Shown in pieces: positions 38,131-50,479 of a stretch of DNA of 64,000 nt. How positions within the stretch are numbered: the stretch's first letter is position 1; every line of letters begins with the position of its first letter. This stretch comes from Aplysia californica. Taxonomy: Eukaryota. The position numbers were made by a program, and so were the translations under genes. Location: positions 34,315 through 98,314 of the forward strand of contig NW_004797336.1 in the NCBI RefSeq assembly GCF_000002075.1, read 5' to 3'. Under the pieces are notes generated by a model, which was given only the letters and a program-made list of their open reading frames with translations, ran no database searches and had not been told where the DNA came from.

Positions 38131-38574
38131 TCCTTCACCTCATCCCCGCATCAAAGACGAGCAGTTTAAAAATAGGCCTCTACGCCAAGGGAGATTTTGA
38201 TCTGTTTGTGTTTACTCATCAGTTAGGACGGTCAAGAAATAATATGAGATTGCTATGTAGACAATTGACTGTGGTTTGCAATTTTCCCAACTTTCACTTA
38301 AATCAAAGAGAATACCTAGAAATGAAAATCATCAAACAGTAGCCTAACATCTCACATTTTCTTTGATTTATAGATCTGCAAATAAACCATCACTCACAGT
38401 ATTACAATATTCACAAGCCAAATCTTTATTTGTCTATACTTGTGAATAACATTTTTTGTTTTGATACGTTTAACATGGTATCGATATTAGGATAAAGATG
38501 AGTGGGAAAATAGGTGGGGAGAAAGAAAGACAGGGGACAGGGACAAACAAAGAGAAAGAGAAGGCGAGCGATGC

Positions 38575-38598
38575 AGTGAGAGAGAAAGAGAGAGAGAT

Positions 38599-38637
<39 letters not shown>

Positions 38638-38730
38638 GAGAGATCAAGAGAGAGGAGAGATACTAGAGAGACAGCGAAATAGAGAGAGAGAGACAGCGAA
38701 ATAGAGAGAGAGAGACAGCGAAATAGAGAG
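38575..38730. repeat. (GA)n microsatellite with three copies of AGAGACAGCGAAATAGAGAG
   Basis: Direct inspection. Confidence 0.85.
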
Positions 38731-40298
38731 GGTGACAGCTCGATTGAAATTATGACATATATTAATTGTTCTTTTTTTCAAATTGTCTTTGTCTTATTGA
38801 TTCCTCCAAATCCAAAACGCAGGAAAAACGATCGTTCATCGAAAAGACATCCGCAATCTTCATATAGATCTAGATCTAGAACTAGACCTAGGCCTCCAAA
38901 GTAGCTATGATTTATGTCTGTCTGTCTAGCCTACTAACAATACTGTCTAGATCTAGACCTAGATCTAGGTCATATAGATCTAGACTTCGTGACTTTGTTC
39001 CCGCCGCGGATACCGGGTAGCCTGGGGTCTGTATCTTTGTTACTGTCTACACTCCCCAGAATCCCTTTAAAAAATAATAAATAAGCTGAACAATAAGCCA
39101 TATGGCTCAAGTGTAAACATATTATATTTCTTGCTTACAATAAGAAAAAAGCTAGATCATCTAATTCCCATCTGTAGTGTTAATATAATTATTTTCTTTG
39201 AAAAAAGTAAAAAGAATGAATAAGTAAGAGTAGAAGAGCTGGCTGATAACTCCGAATTTGAGAGCCTGGGTACGATTGCGAAGTTTCTTCAAAATGTTAC
39301 TGTGCATCATCAAAAAGTATTCCAGAGAGTTAAATCAAGATGGTATTATAACGGGAATGCCCTGCTACTGTTTCAGGAAATAATACATATTACATAATAC
39401 AGCTCAATATAATACTAATACAGTGTATAATAGTATTATTGATCTACATGATGTAGCTATTCACTATTCAATTTTACATTTAGATGGTTGACTTGGGTGC
39501 CTATTGTTCTCAATAGTTCTCATGTTGTTCACTTGTTCGGTGGTAATGATGGAGGAAATTTAAAAGTTTGAGATAAACAAAATTAAAAGAGTTCTAAAAC
39601 TGGGTGTATACATTCAAAGGCCGAAAAGTCCTTTCATAATCGAGCCCAGCAATAGCGATACATGTAATCGATGTCATTTCTTAACTGTCAAAGATAGTAA
39701 CATAACATCTGTTAACCCCACAGAATTCTGTGGTTAACCCAGATACCTATTTCTTCTACAAAATATGTCGTGCTTTTCTTCAAAGTCCAAGAAGATCATT
39801 TACGTGTTTTTAAAGAAATCTCTTTATTTAATCTAGAACCTTAACAAGTGCCAATATACCAGACTGATACATACTATTAAGTCATAGACTAGGTAAGAAA
39901 TAATGGCAACTGTAAAATCGACTAAAGACCCTACGTGGTTTTATGTACTTCAGGAGGCATTACGACCCCAAAAAATCTGGAATTATCCTTCTTCCGGACA
40001 ACGTGGTGGTTCACCTTTGACCGTGACCCAAAATGTCATGATATGGCCAATCAAAGTGCGTGAAAAGCAAAACAGAACCCCACCACGTAGTTCATGGACT
40101 GCTAGGCCTAGGCCTAGGCCTATTTGACCCATTTTGTGTTGTGGCTACGAAAACAGAATCTAATCTTGTGCATCTTGTCTCTGAAGCGAATACGTGGCCA
40201 TATTTTTGGAAATTCTAATTCTCATTGTAACCTGTACACTGCAGTGTTGTGATTTTAGTATCTCCAAGAAGTACTGTAATAGTTTTGAATCATCAATC

Positions 40299-40520
40299 AT
40301 GGCTTCTAGTGGAGACGATAAGTATCTTGATGAATTTGACAAATACAACATCGAGCAGGGCAAGTACGAGAACCATGCCCACAGTGGCAAGGGCCGGTCG
40401 AAAAAGGAAGCAGAACAACATCATCACGAAGACCCAAGTGGTCACACGAGGAAGGATGTTCAAAAGTTGGTAAACAACGCGCACAAGCAAGCAGATGAAA
40501 ATAAAAAGAAAGCTAACTGA
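40299..40520 (+). CDS. NUPR1: Nuclear protein 1 (p8/NUPR1) family stress protein, 73 aa
   Basis: YLDEFDKYNI...SGKGRSKKEAEQH...PSGHTRKDVQKLVN matches the p8 family pattern (human LDESDLY...RKGRTKREAAAN...PGGHERKLVTKLQN); Kozak context atcATGG. Confidence 0.9.
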   Translation: MASSGDDKYLDEFDKYNIEQGKYENHAHSGKGRSKKEAEQHHHEDPSGHTRKDVQKLVNNAHKQADENKKKAN

Positions 40521-40729
40521 CTTCATGGAGCATCTGAAAAGTAAGTTCTTATTCAAGACGTAAGGGGTCTACTATAAAATGTTTTTGTTGCAAGTTCTAG
40601 CTGACTAAACTTTGTAGAGAATAGCCTAGGTTATCTGCTCCTGGCCTCCTGTTACCTGGCCCCAGATAATAATATGATATATTGATCTTTCTTATTGAAA
40701 GATTTGTTACTGCTGACATCATTGCCCCA

Positions 40730-40766
<37 letters not shown>

Positions 40767-42941
40767 AAAGAAAGAAGATCTCAACTGCAAGTTGAGGAAG
40801 ACAAAATTAATGTTTTTCTCTGATTCTGCCCAGTATCGGTTATATTGTCAGGATTGTGATCTCAGATCTGGCTTAAAAGAGCAATTTTTTGTGTGGAAAG
40901 GCTCAACTCTCATTATATTACTCTTGCTTTGACACTGGACAAGGTAAACGTTCCATTCTAATCCAACTTTCCATCTTATTATCAATACCAGCGGTCATGA
41001 TGGTAGTGATTTATTTATTTTGCTACTGATAATACTAGAGATATCTAGAATCTAGATCTATTACTGTTACTTTCTATAATTTTTGTAAAAATATAAATTC
41101 TCATATGAGAGGAGTTCCTCAGAGGGCCGGGACTCACCGTGACAAGGTTCTCTGAACAAACTTCTATACAAGAGTTAAGGTTAGGGTTAGGTGTTGTTGG
41201 TTGGCCGGCCCTCTGCGGAACTCCTTCCCTCTTATTTTTCATTATCGTGGTTTACTCGAATAGATGCATCATACAAGTTTGTCAATCCCCGAAATTTTCA
41301 AGATTAAGTCTGTGCTCTATTGTATTTTTTTTTTTTTCTTTGGTTTTCATTGTTCGGCAAAGCCAAAAGTGTACCGGTAATCACGGATAGCTTGAATTCA
41401 TCGGGATGGGCCTTGATTGTTTGGGGGATATTTTACAAAGATAAAGAAAAAAAACTGAACCACAGGCACAGGTGGACTGATGGGTGATTTTGAGTCTTCT
41501 GTGTTCGACTTATCCGTGTTATGCTGTAAGTGTGCACGGCTGGAAGATCAAGGAACTGAATAGTTCACCATTTTTGCACTTTTTTTCTGACATATTTTTC
41601 TGTTAAGTCATCAGTCTGATTGGAAATGTAATTCCTTAAGCTGGTGCTAATATTAGCTCTGTCCCTACAGTGCGCACCTTTCCCCCCCACCCACATTATT
41701 CCACCAGGTTTTTTCCAATCAATGCTTAAAAAAGAACAGAGATTTGATCATGCTATTTGCCTCTTTAAACCACCATCTGCCAAAACTGTCTTGAGTTGAA
41801 TGGTCTTTATTTAATTAATTAATGTAAGTTTGCTTACCAACGATAACCTCCAAGTCTCCCACATTCAACTCCGAGAGCTAGTGATCATTGAAGTCAAACA
41901 TACGTTTGGGTGAAGGGAAATAACTCACAATATAATATTACCCTTCATCTAGTCACGACAGAATAATTTCCCTTGACATATTGGTCAGTCAGCACTATAA
42001 AAAAAGCAGAGGGCAGTATTACAATCCTGTATACTGCCAGCCCCACTATATCAACTTCATACTCATCCAAAGTTTTGCGGTAAAAATTCCTTTTGGCTGT
42101 ACTCTCTTCCCCTCTTCAACCCATCTCTCTGTGTTCCCACAAATTGTGACAAATCAACTGCTCGGTGTGAGATTCCATTATAGGCCTTCTTCACTTTTCA
42201 AAATGACGTGTATGGTGGAGTCTTACACTCTAAGCGGTATAATGTTCTCATGTGTGTATTGGTATTACTCAGGATTTCTCATTTACCAGATGTTTGTTTG
42301 TGATGTGAATGTTCTGAGTCTCTCATTGATGTCTTTATGGTGTAGCAGTTGAGGGCTTTTCACCTTGCATGCAGAAGATGCAGATCGCGTTACACCTTGG
42401 AAGAATATTTTGTTTTGATCTCCATCCTTCTATTGGAAAATGATATCCCATACGCCAGGTTTGGCAATGACTTACAATATACGGCAGCCTGCCTCATGAT
42501 GTAAATTGTTTTTGAGGGGTGTAAAACATAAATTTACAATCAAGTTTGGTAGGCTATTCGGAGAGGCAGTCCCATTCCATTTCAAAGAGTGCCAGAAGCC
42601 TGAAGACCTTTGTTTGTCTGTTATCAAGTGTCAGTTTTCTTTTTACTGCAGTGAACCGTGATCAGGCAAGAGGAATTTAAGCCTTGAAATTACATGCCTT
42701 CAAAAATATGAACAGAGGTTATCTCATTCCTTCTGACATTTGAAATGGAAGAGATTAGTGTTGAATACGTCCAGAGTATTGCGGGGGGGGGGGGGGGGGG
42801 GCAGCGTGCGATGATACATGCTTACTATCAGATCTAATACTGTACTGTTGTTATTATACCCATATAATGTTTTGTTCTAGACCTTGATCTAAGTTCTAAC
42901 ATGGTACATAATTACAATTTTTTTTTTTATCTTTGTTTCAG

Positions 42942-43620
42942 GCACCTCTGTTCCTTTGTGCAACGATGGTGATTATTTGTTGACATACGATGGAATATAA
43001 TGGACTAGGAGTAAAGACAAACGACTGATTTCTCACCGACAGCAGCTTTGGAGCGTCTCAGAACTTCAGAGGTTGCTGGGTGAGGTTGACAAGAGTGTAG
43101 ACCACCTTGGATGACTCCTGATGTGGTACATTCCAGTCTGAGCCAGCACAATAGAACATTGAACGTTGTGAACATTATTAATTCTGTGCTTTCTTTTTAA
43201 GTTAATAGCTGAGATTGTGAAACTGGTGGTGGTGTTTTTTATCATGTATGGTTGTCAGTATGCTGTGACATACGGGTAGGGTTCATGTAAGTTTTTGCTT
43301 GTTTGTGAGTCATGTTTAGAATCGTTGAAACAAGAAAAAAAGAAAAAGTCGATCTCAGTGCATTGATTTTGGTTAATGAAATCCTGGTCATTTTGAGAAA
43401 TTGTTGTACTTACATTGTTTAATGTTATTTTCTTATTTCATACGAAATAAAAAAAAGTGTGGAATATTAAAAAGTATTTTCATATTATTTTTTTTATTAT
43501 TCCATTTTACTGTACTCCATGCAGGATTTTTCTCTTCCTTCTCTCTCTCTCTTCACTTAATTGTTGTTTGGTGCATTTATTAATTATTCATTTATAATAA
43601 ATAGAATTCATCTCTGACTC
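42942..43620 (+). other. NUPR1: Probable non-coding terminal exon (3' UTR) of NUPR1
   Basis: Donor AA|GTAAGT at 40541; long poly-T tract and TTTCAG acceptor at 42941; AATAAA at about 43446 and 43596. Confidence 0.6.
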
Positions 43621-44639
43621 AGTGGGAATTCATAGCCTTTTTTTTTTTATTCATGTAGCCTATACGTTGTGGGGGGTTTTTCTCCTCCATCAACACAATT
43701 TAGACTTAGTTCATCAATAGTTTTTGCTACAGAGACAATAGCCAGTAGTTATGGTTGAGGGCTACAGAGCTACAAATTCACAATTGGGCAAATAACTTTT
43801 CCTTTTCTTTGACTTTACTGAGAGATCTGTCATTACTTGTACTTAATCACGTGACTTCCTTTAAAGTCTTTTACGAGAACAATGATACTGGGCTGCAATG
43901 CAGATGATCCTGGTTTGAATCCGAAACAGGACTTCCTGAATTTGAATTGAGTGATAAAATTTCTGGCTCTCTGTCTGCTTGGGTATGTCACTACCCTAGA
44001 ATTACAAAGTTCTAGATCCATCCCCTCGAGTTCAGAGAAATTTAACGTGAAAAATGTTGAGTTTCACATCATATCTAGTTTTTTCTAATGCAATTTTTGG
44101 AAAATCTGAATAAAATCTTAATAGCTCGGAATTAACGATTTTGATAGAGGGATCTAGAAATTGTTTTCTGACTTCATACATGGCCTTTGTAACTCAAACT
44201 GAAAACAGCCAAATAAAGGGAACTGCTGCTTTTTCTTTCCTCTTCCTCACAGTCACTGTCATCATTTTTTCTCTTCTTTTGTATACATGTTTGTCACTGT
44301 CTTGTGAACTGCTATTTCCGGGGTGCCTTGACTTGATACATGTAGTCTGTTGAGGCTAGAGAGGTGAGCAGAGTAGATCCAGAGAGTCTGTAGCTCTCTG
44401 GTAATCTAAGCCTGATTCCCCCTTTAGACTTCTCTGTTGACATCCACCCCTTGGCACTCATATGACCTTTTATGCAGTTACGAACGCCGTAAAATCTTAC
44501 TTAGATCTAAAATGAAAATTTTTGAAACGGCCAAAAATGTCAAAGATAGAACTTCGTGTTCTAAGGTAGCGATTTGTCTGTCAGTATCAGAGTGTCAGAG
44601 ATGGAAGTGAAATTTGAAGTCCTGCATTGACGATCTTAA

Positions 44640-44878
44640 CCCTATCCATATGCCCTGGGGTTATTTTTTACCCCCGGGTTGTATTCTTCACATTTTAGAA
44701 TACTTCCAGTACGAAGATCTCTTTGAAGATTTCAGTATTTCTCAAAAATTCATTTTGACAGACTACTCTGCAAAGCGCACGAATCGGATTAACGAGTAAA
44801 TTTCCTCTTTGGAAAGTGGTGGCACAGAGTTTCCCATGTCGTATGGATACGATAGTAAAACACGATGTACGGATAGGG
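44640..44878. mobile_element. piggyBac-like MITE
   Basis: TTAA|CCCTATCCATA...TACGGATAGGG|TCAA. Confidence 0.6.
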
Positions 44879-45746
44879 TCAAACATCTTTTCATTACTGG
44901 TACATTGCTCTTTGTATTGAAAGGGGCGACCCGTACACCGTACAGTACCATCATATTTTCATCATGTATTAACAATGATGATCTCTGTTTTTATTTTATC
45001 TTCTTGAACTGAAAAATAAAGTAGGCTACCTAAAGCACTTGAGGTTTATTGTTCTGGCCTAGGTTGTATGGTATGGGCGCACTGTTGGCTGAGATGGTAT
45101 TATAATGCTGGACTTCAGAGCGGATGGCCTGGCCGTTGTTTGTTTGAAGTCCCAGCCGGGTGTTCTGAACTTGGGTTGTATAGGGGAGTTTACAAAGCTC
45201 TTTCCCCACACATTTGGCTGGGTCCTTTGGAGTCGTACATTGAATTCGTAAGTTCCCCCCTGATAAATAACTTTACAGTGCTGATTGCGACCAGAGAGTG
45301 TGTGTGGTTGTTGGTCTTGTTGTTTTTTTGGGAAGGGGGGGGGGAGCTCGATGGGTTGTTGATAATACATAATGTTATAGAACACACTGGCACCCTGATG
45401 TTTAGATCTATGTCAGGTCAATTAGTAACACAGCCACGGTGTAGACGTATTGAGTTGAGGAGGAAACTGCTGTCCTGTTGTTGACACACAATAGCTGTCC
45501 CTAAACAGCAAAAGTCTTGTCGCAGTCACAGGCTAATTACATTACCTGACACATCATGTTGTTTGTTCCTTGTAATACGATACTAGCTGAGAACCTGGAA
45601 AGATGGGTGATGTGAAAGGACAGAGTGTACGTTTTTTGGAGAGCTGCCAAGTCCAAGCAAACCTGAATGAAAGACGTAAAATGATCATCGATCATGTACA
45701 TGTCTGTTTCAATTCAGGCACTATATGGTGATGGTAATGATTGGTA

Positions 45747-47660
45747 CATCATCATCATCATCAATGCCTTTCACCCCTGGCAGGGTATAGGCCACATACA
45801 AGCTCCTTCCATTTATCTCTGTCCTGAGCCATCCTTCCAAGCTCGTTCCAAGTAAGCTTCATTTCTCTCGTCCCTTTCCACGTATCTCCTCCATGTTTCC
45901 CGTGGCCTACCCCTGCCTCGTGCTCCCTGGGGGTTCCACTGCAGTGACTGTCTTGTGCTGTTTCCGCTGGGCTTTCTTAAGGTGTGTCCCATCCATCGCC
46001 ACTTTCTTAGTCCTATTTCTACTTCTATATCCTTTTGTCCTGTCCTTTCCCACAGCTCTTCATTTCTTATTCTATCTTGCCACTTAATTCTTAAAATACT
46101 CCTCATACATCTGTTGATGAAAGTCTGGACCTTATTCAGTACTGTCTTCGTTGTCTTCCAAGTTTCGCAGCCGTGGAGGAGCACAGACTTGACGTTGGAG
46201 TTAAAGAGTCGAATCTTGGTGCGTAGTGAGATGTTGTTTGCTTTCCAGACTTTTGATAATTGCTTGAAGGCTGACCTTGCCTTGGCGGTTCTTGCTTTAA
46301 CATCTGCCTCGGTTCCACCTTTACCATCGATGACACTTCCAAGGTAGGTAAAGGAGTCCACTTCTTCAAGGGGAGTGTCTTCCACTGTCACAGCAAGGTT
46401 TGAAACTTTTCCTAGCTTCACTACTTTTGACTTGCCTGGATGTATACGTAGTCCAACACTCCTTGATAGGCTGTTGAGTTCCTTGGTCTTTTCTTGCATC
46501 TGAGCATGTGTGTGAGAGAGCAGTGCAAGGCCATCAGCGAAGTCCAAGTCGTCCAGCTGCTGCCAACGGATCCATTGTATTCCATTACGTTTGCCTCTGG
46601 TGGCTTCTTTCATGACCCAGTCAATTGCCAGTATGAAGAGAAAAGGTGAGAGCAAGCATCCTTGTCGCACTCCTGTCTGTACCCGGAATGGTTCTGAGAG
46701 TTGTCCTTCGTGGAAGACCTGGCAGCTTGTTCCATCATAGGTGGGCTTCACAAGCTTGAAGATTTTCTCAGGCATTCCAAAATGCCCCATGAGTTTCCAC
46801 AGAGTTTCCCTGTCCACGCTGTCAAACGCCTTTTCATAGTCAATGAAATTGACCACGAGTGGTGAATTCCATTCAAGCGATTGCTCAACAATGATACGTA
46901 GAGTAGCGATCTGGTCCACACATGATCGGTTTTTGCGGAATCCTGCCTGGTTTCCTCGAAGCTTCTCATCCGTTGCCAGCTTGATTCTCTCAAGGAGTAT
47001 CCTGTTGAAGACTTTCCCGGGTATGGAAAGGAGTGTAATGTCTCTGTAGTTGTTACAGTTGCTGATGTCTCCTTTCTTTGGCAGCTTGATTAGGTGGCCT
47101 TCCTTCCAATCTGATGGTATTTCCTCCTTTTGCCAAACTTTTTCAAATAGAGCATATAGAATTTCCACAAACGTATCGTTCTCTGCCTTAAGGGCTTCCG
47201 GTGGTATATGGTCGGGACCAGCTACCTTGTGGGACTTCAGTGTTTTTATAGCGGCTGCAATTTCCTCTCTTGAAGGTGGTTCCGTGTCTATTGGGAGGTC
47301 ATTTCTGGCTGGAAGAATTTCTGGTTGGTTTTCTGGAGGTGGTCTGTTCAGTAGTAGATCAAAGTGTTCTCTCCATCGGTTAAGTTGCCCCTCTGGGTTG
47401 AAGATAGTCTTTCCTTCTTTGTCTTTCACTGGTAGAGTGGGCTTGCTGAACCTACCTGAAAGAGTTCTTGTAGTCTGGTGTACAATCCTCAAGTTCCCGT
47501 TTGTTGCTGCTTTCTCTGCCTTTTCGGCCAGGCCATTCAGGTAGGTATTCTTGTCCTTCTTGATGGAATTCTTTACCTCCCGGTTTACTTCGGTGTACTC
47601 ATGTTGTGCAGCGAGTTTCTCAGTTCGATTGGTACATGCCCAGGATATTATGTGGTTCAT
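45747..47660 (-). mobile_element. RTE-clade LINE, 5'-truncated, with a long RT ORF (45813-47660, 615 aa) carrying a mutated catalytic motif
   Basis: LIKLPKKGDISNCNNYRDITLLSIPGKVF, NQAGFRKNRSCVDQIATLR, FIDYEKAFDSV, GVRQGCLLSPFLF, LDFADGLAL, FTYLGS, WRWMGHTLR, RGRGRPRETW; (TGA)n tail. Confidence 0.93.
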
Positions 47661-47703
47661 TTAACGGTTAGGGATGTTCACCCTTTTTTTTTTTAGTACA
47701 GTA

Positions 47704-48247
47704 GGGGGCTCTCATGGCCAAGAGGTTAAGGTGTTAGCCTCTCATTCAAAGGTCCCAGGTTCGAATCCGGGTAGCGGCCGAAAAAATTTTTCTCTAAAAT
47801 TGTTTCCTTTCGCCTTCTTTCCTACTCTCTAGCAATGTTCTGTCGTCTGCTTTCGTCTCCACTTTCTGCTCCCACCCCCTCGCCTCCTTTGCTCCCTCCT
47901 CTGGGTTCCTAACTCGTTCTGCAGTCTTTCGACTGCTACTCTTTGGCTCCTTCTTAACTGCTGTCTTTCCACCACACCCCTGGCCTTATTGTAGGAAAGA
48001 TCTGCACCTAACTTCCCGGACAAGGGTGACAAATCTCGGAGGTCCCGTGTGCAATAAGTTGGGCACGTTAAAGTTAAAGATCCCTTTGGTGGTCTAAAAT
48101 CGATAAGAGTAGGCTTCGGCCGTCACCCGGGCATAATTCAAAATTTCCCGCCAACTGAAAATGTTTAATTTTAATGTGTCCCGCGCTCTCATGTGACCTA
48201 ATCACAGAATTCTACACTTAATGCAGTTGCGAGCGCCGTAAGACACT
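47704..48247 (+). mobile_element. tRNA-derived SINE family C
   Basis: A box TGGCCAAGAGG; B box GGTTCGAATCC; CACGTTAAAG...ATCCC internal segment; LINE-type tail GCAGTTGCGAGCGCCGTAA. Confidence 0.85.
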
Positions 48248-50479
48248 TACCCCCCCCCCCCCCACCCCCCCTTCCAAAAAAAGAGTACATGTAAAAATAT
48301 CATGCATGTAGGCCTATCTCTCTTTACACTTTATATTTTATCCCACTTGACTGATTTTGCCCAAGTTGTCCCTGACCATCCACTGACATTCAGGGTCGAA
48401 TCAACTTACCTTCTAAAATATCTAGATTTTTTTAATGGTTGCGTTGTAAAACAGGCTTACCGGTACAAGTAAGTTCATGATGTACAGTAACAATATCGGA
48501 ACCTGTAGACTATGCCCATGCTCTTATACTTAACAGTTAAGTGTGAGTCGTTTTAAGGAACCTGCATACGTACACGCAGAGGCGAAGCGTCTATATAATC
48601 AAATAATCACTGCTTACCTTCCTAATTTTGAAACATTGTCGCAGTCAAATTCACCCATAGATAAACCTCATAAATTAAAAGTAAAGAGACGTTCAAAACC
48701 GTTTAATTGCCACAGAAATAACTTGTTCGACCCTATCGGGCCACTCCATAAGCAGTCGCAAGCTTTGATTAGTAAGCTTAATGAGTTAAAGTGAGGCTGG
48801 AAGAATCTACCAATAGAGTTGAAGGGAACATTTGCATAGCAGTCAAAACTGTTTCATTTGCCGCATATACCCTGTTCACCCAAGGAGATTCCCTTTCGAG
48901 CCACAGTTATAAGCACCCACACCCGATGTAAGCTAACTATTACACTGGTCGTGTCTACCCACAGAATGCTACACTAAGTGTAGAATTCTGTGAGTCTACC
49001 TACAGATGTGAGGGGAACTAACTCCTAATACTAATATTATCTTGACTGCTGCGCGTGCTTGTTTTTTATCCTCGACTTTTTAACGTCCTATAATCAGATC
49101 GTGACCTCGATTATGACACCAGCTCCTGGCCGTGAAAAGCTAGACAAAAAACAGCCAAATGTGAAATAAAATAAAAAAATTGGCATGCTCTACCAAAGTG
49201 TTTCGGCTGTCTGCCACTGTAGTGCATCTCTGCTTCTTTCATTGGTGTTCGTGTGTTATAATCTAAAGTTTAATTTAAGGTTAGTTAGAATAAATATTTA
49301 ATAAAATACTTTCCCGATTATTTTAGCGGTTGAATATAATGCATACAACATGAATTCAGGATTTGTTTTCGTTCGCAACTCAAGAGTTGCCGCCTCCAGT
49401 CTCCAGTGCCAGTAAGATTCTTGTGACTTGTGTGAGTGTGATATCTCCAGCCCCTATCCTATCCCATCTCACTTTGATTACCCTGTCAAACAAGTCAGCC
49501 TTCGCCCCTGCGTGTATGACGTACTGAAAACATCTCCCTCAAGTACGCGTGTGTACTTGTACCACAAGTTACATTTACAACTATACAATGTATGGCCCTC
49601 AGTTTATCACAACTGTTGATTGATAACTGCACGCACAATGTAATTAATTTTATCTAATACTTATAATAGATCTAGTGGCAGTGGGTCTTCTGGGTAGAAA
49701 GGGTGTGATGAAGGACATAATCTACAAGGGAAAAAAACTACGAAAAATCGAAAAAAGAAGTACTGTACACCTTTCTTTCTCTTTGGAAGACTAACTCAAC
49801 CAGCTGAGAAAAAATTAAGATCAACCCTTTTCTTGAGAAGACCTATTGTGTTCGGGGATTCACCCTTTTACACGAATTTTGAATAATAAAACCCGCAATT
49901 CTGGAGGTGTCATAGTGAAATTTTTTTTCGATTTCAACTTTACTTCTTCAAGTGTAGGTGTACAACAGGGCACACATCATTGATTCAACATCCTGTAGGC
50001 CTGCTGTGACTGTGCACTTAGCGTGAGCATACCTGAATTTCTAGAAGTTTTACCCCCCCCCCCCTCGTCACACCTTAGATTATTTAGGAGGCAAGCTGCT
50101 TCAATCCTGCCTGTCAGGACCAACCCGGGCTGAAAGGGACGCAATGTCCCAGCACAAAGACGGAGGCTCTCGATAAAAATTTTGCCCTCTCGAAAATCAA
50201 ACTCAATTTTCTGCACGCATCTGCTAAGCGCCTTTATAACCGCTAAATACAGGCGCAGGGAGCAGGTTATATGTATCGAGATTTTACTGTACCGTACAAG
50301 AAAGTATCTGCCTCGTGAACACCCGGTGTGGACCAACAAGAAGCTGAGCCGTTGTGCTTATTATCTTTGTCCTGGTTTTATTAAAAAAATACAAAAAAGT
50401 CATCTGTCTGTACGCAACGCTCATTACCACCATAGATAGTCCACCGACAAACACCTTCCACTTTTGCCTATAGATAGTT

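Noticed and set aside
39270-39312. C/EBP-ATF-like sites (GATTGCGAAG, TGCATCATCA) upstream of NUPR1
   Set aside because: Imperfect short matches expected by chance; not supportable without conservation data.
40194-40298. N-terminal extension of the NUPR1 ORF
   Set aside because: Non-ATG start that spans a likely splice acceptor at 40244; the real start is ATG 40299.
47704-47778. tRNA gene-like sequence with A and B boxes (also 35100-35175)
   Set aside because: Acceptor and anticodon stems are poor, and the sequence continues into a 500-bp body shared by two copies, so it is a SINE head and not a tRNA gene.
49977-50439. Overlapping 85-120 aa ORFs
   Set aside because: No recognisable motifs or convincing splice context.
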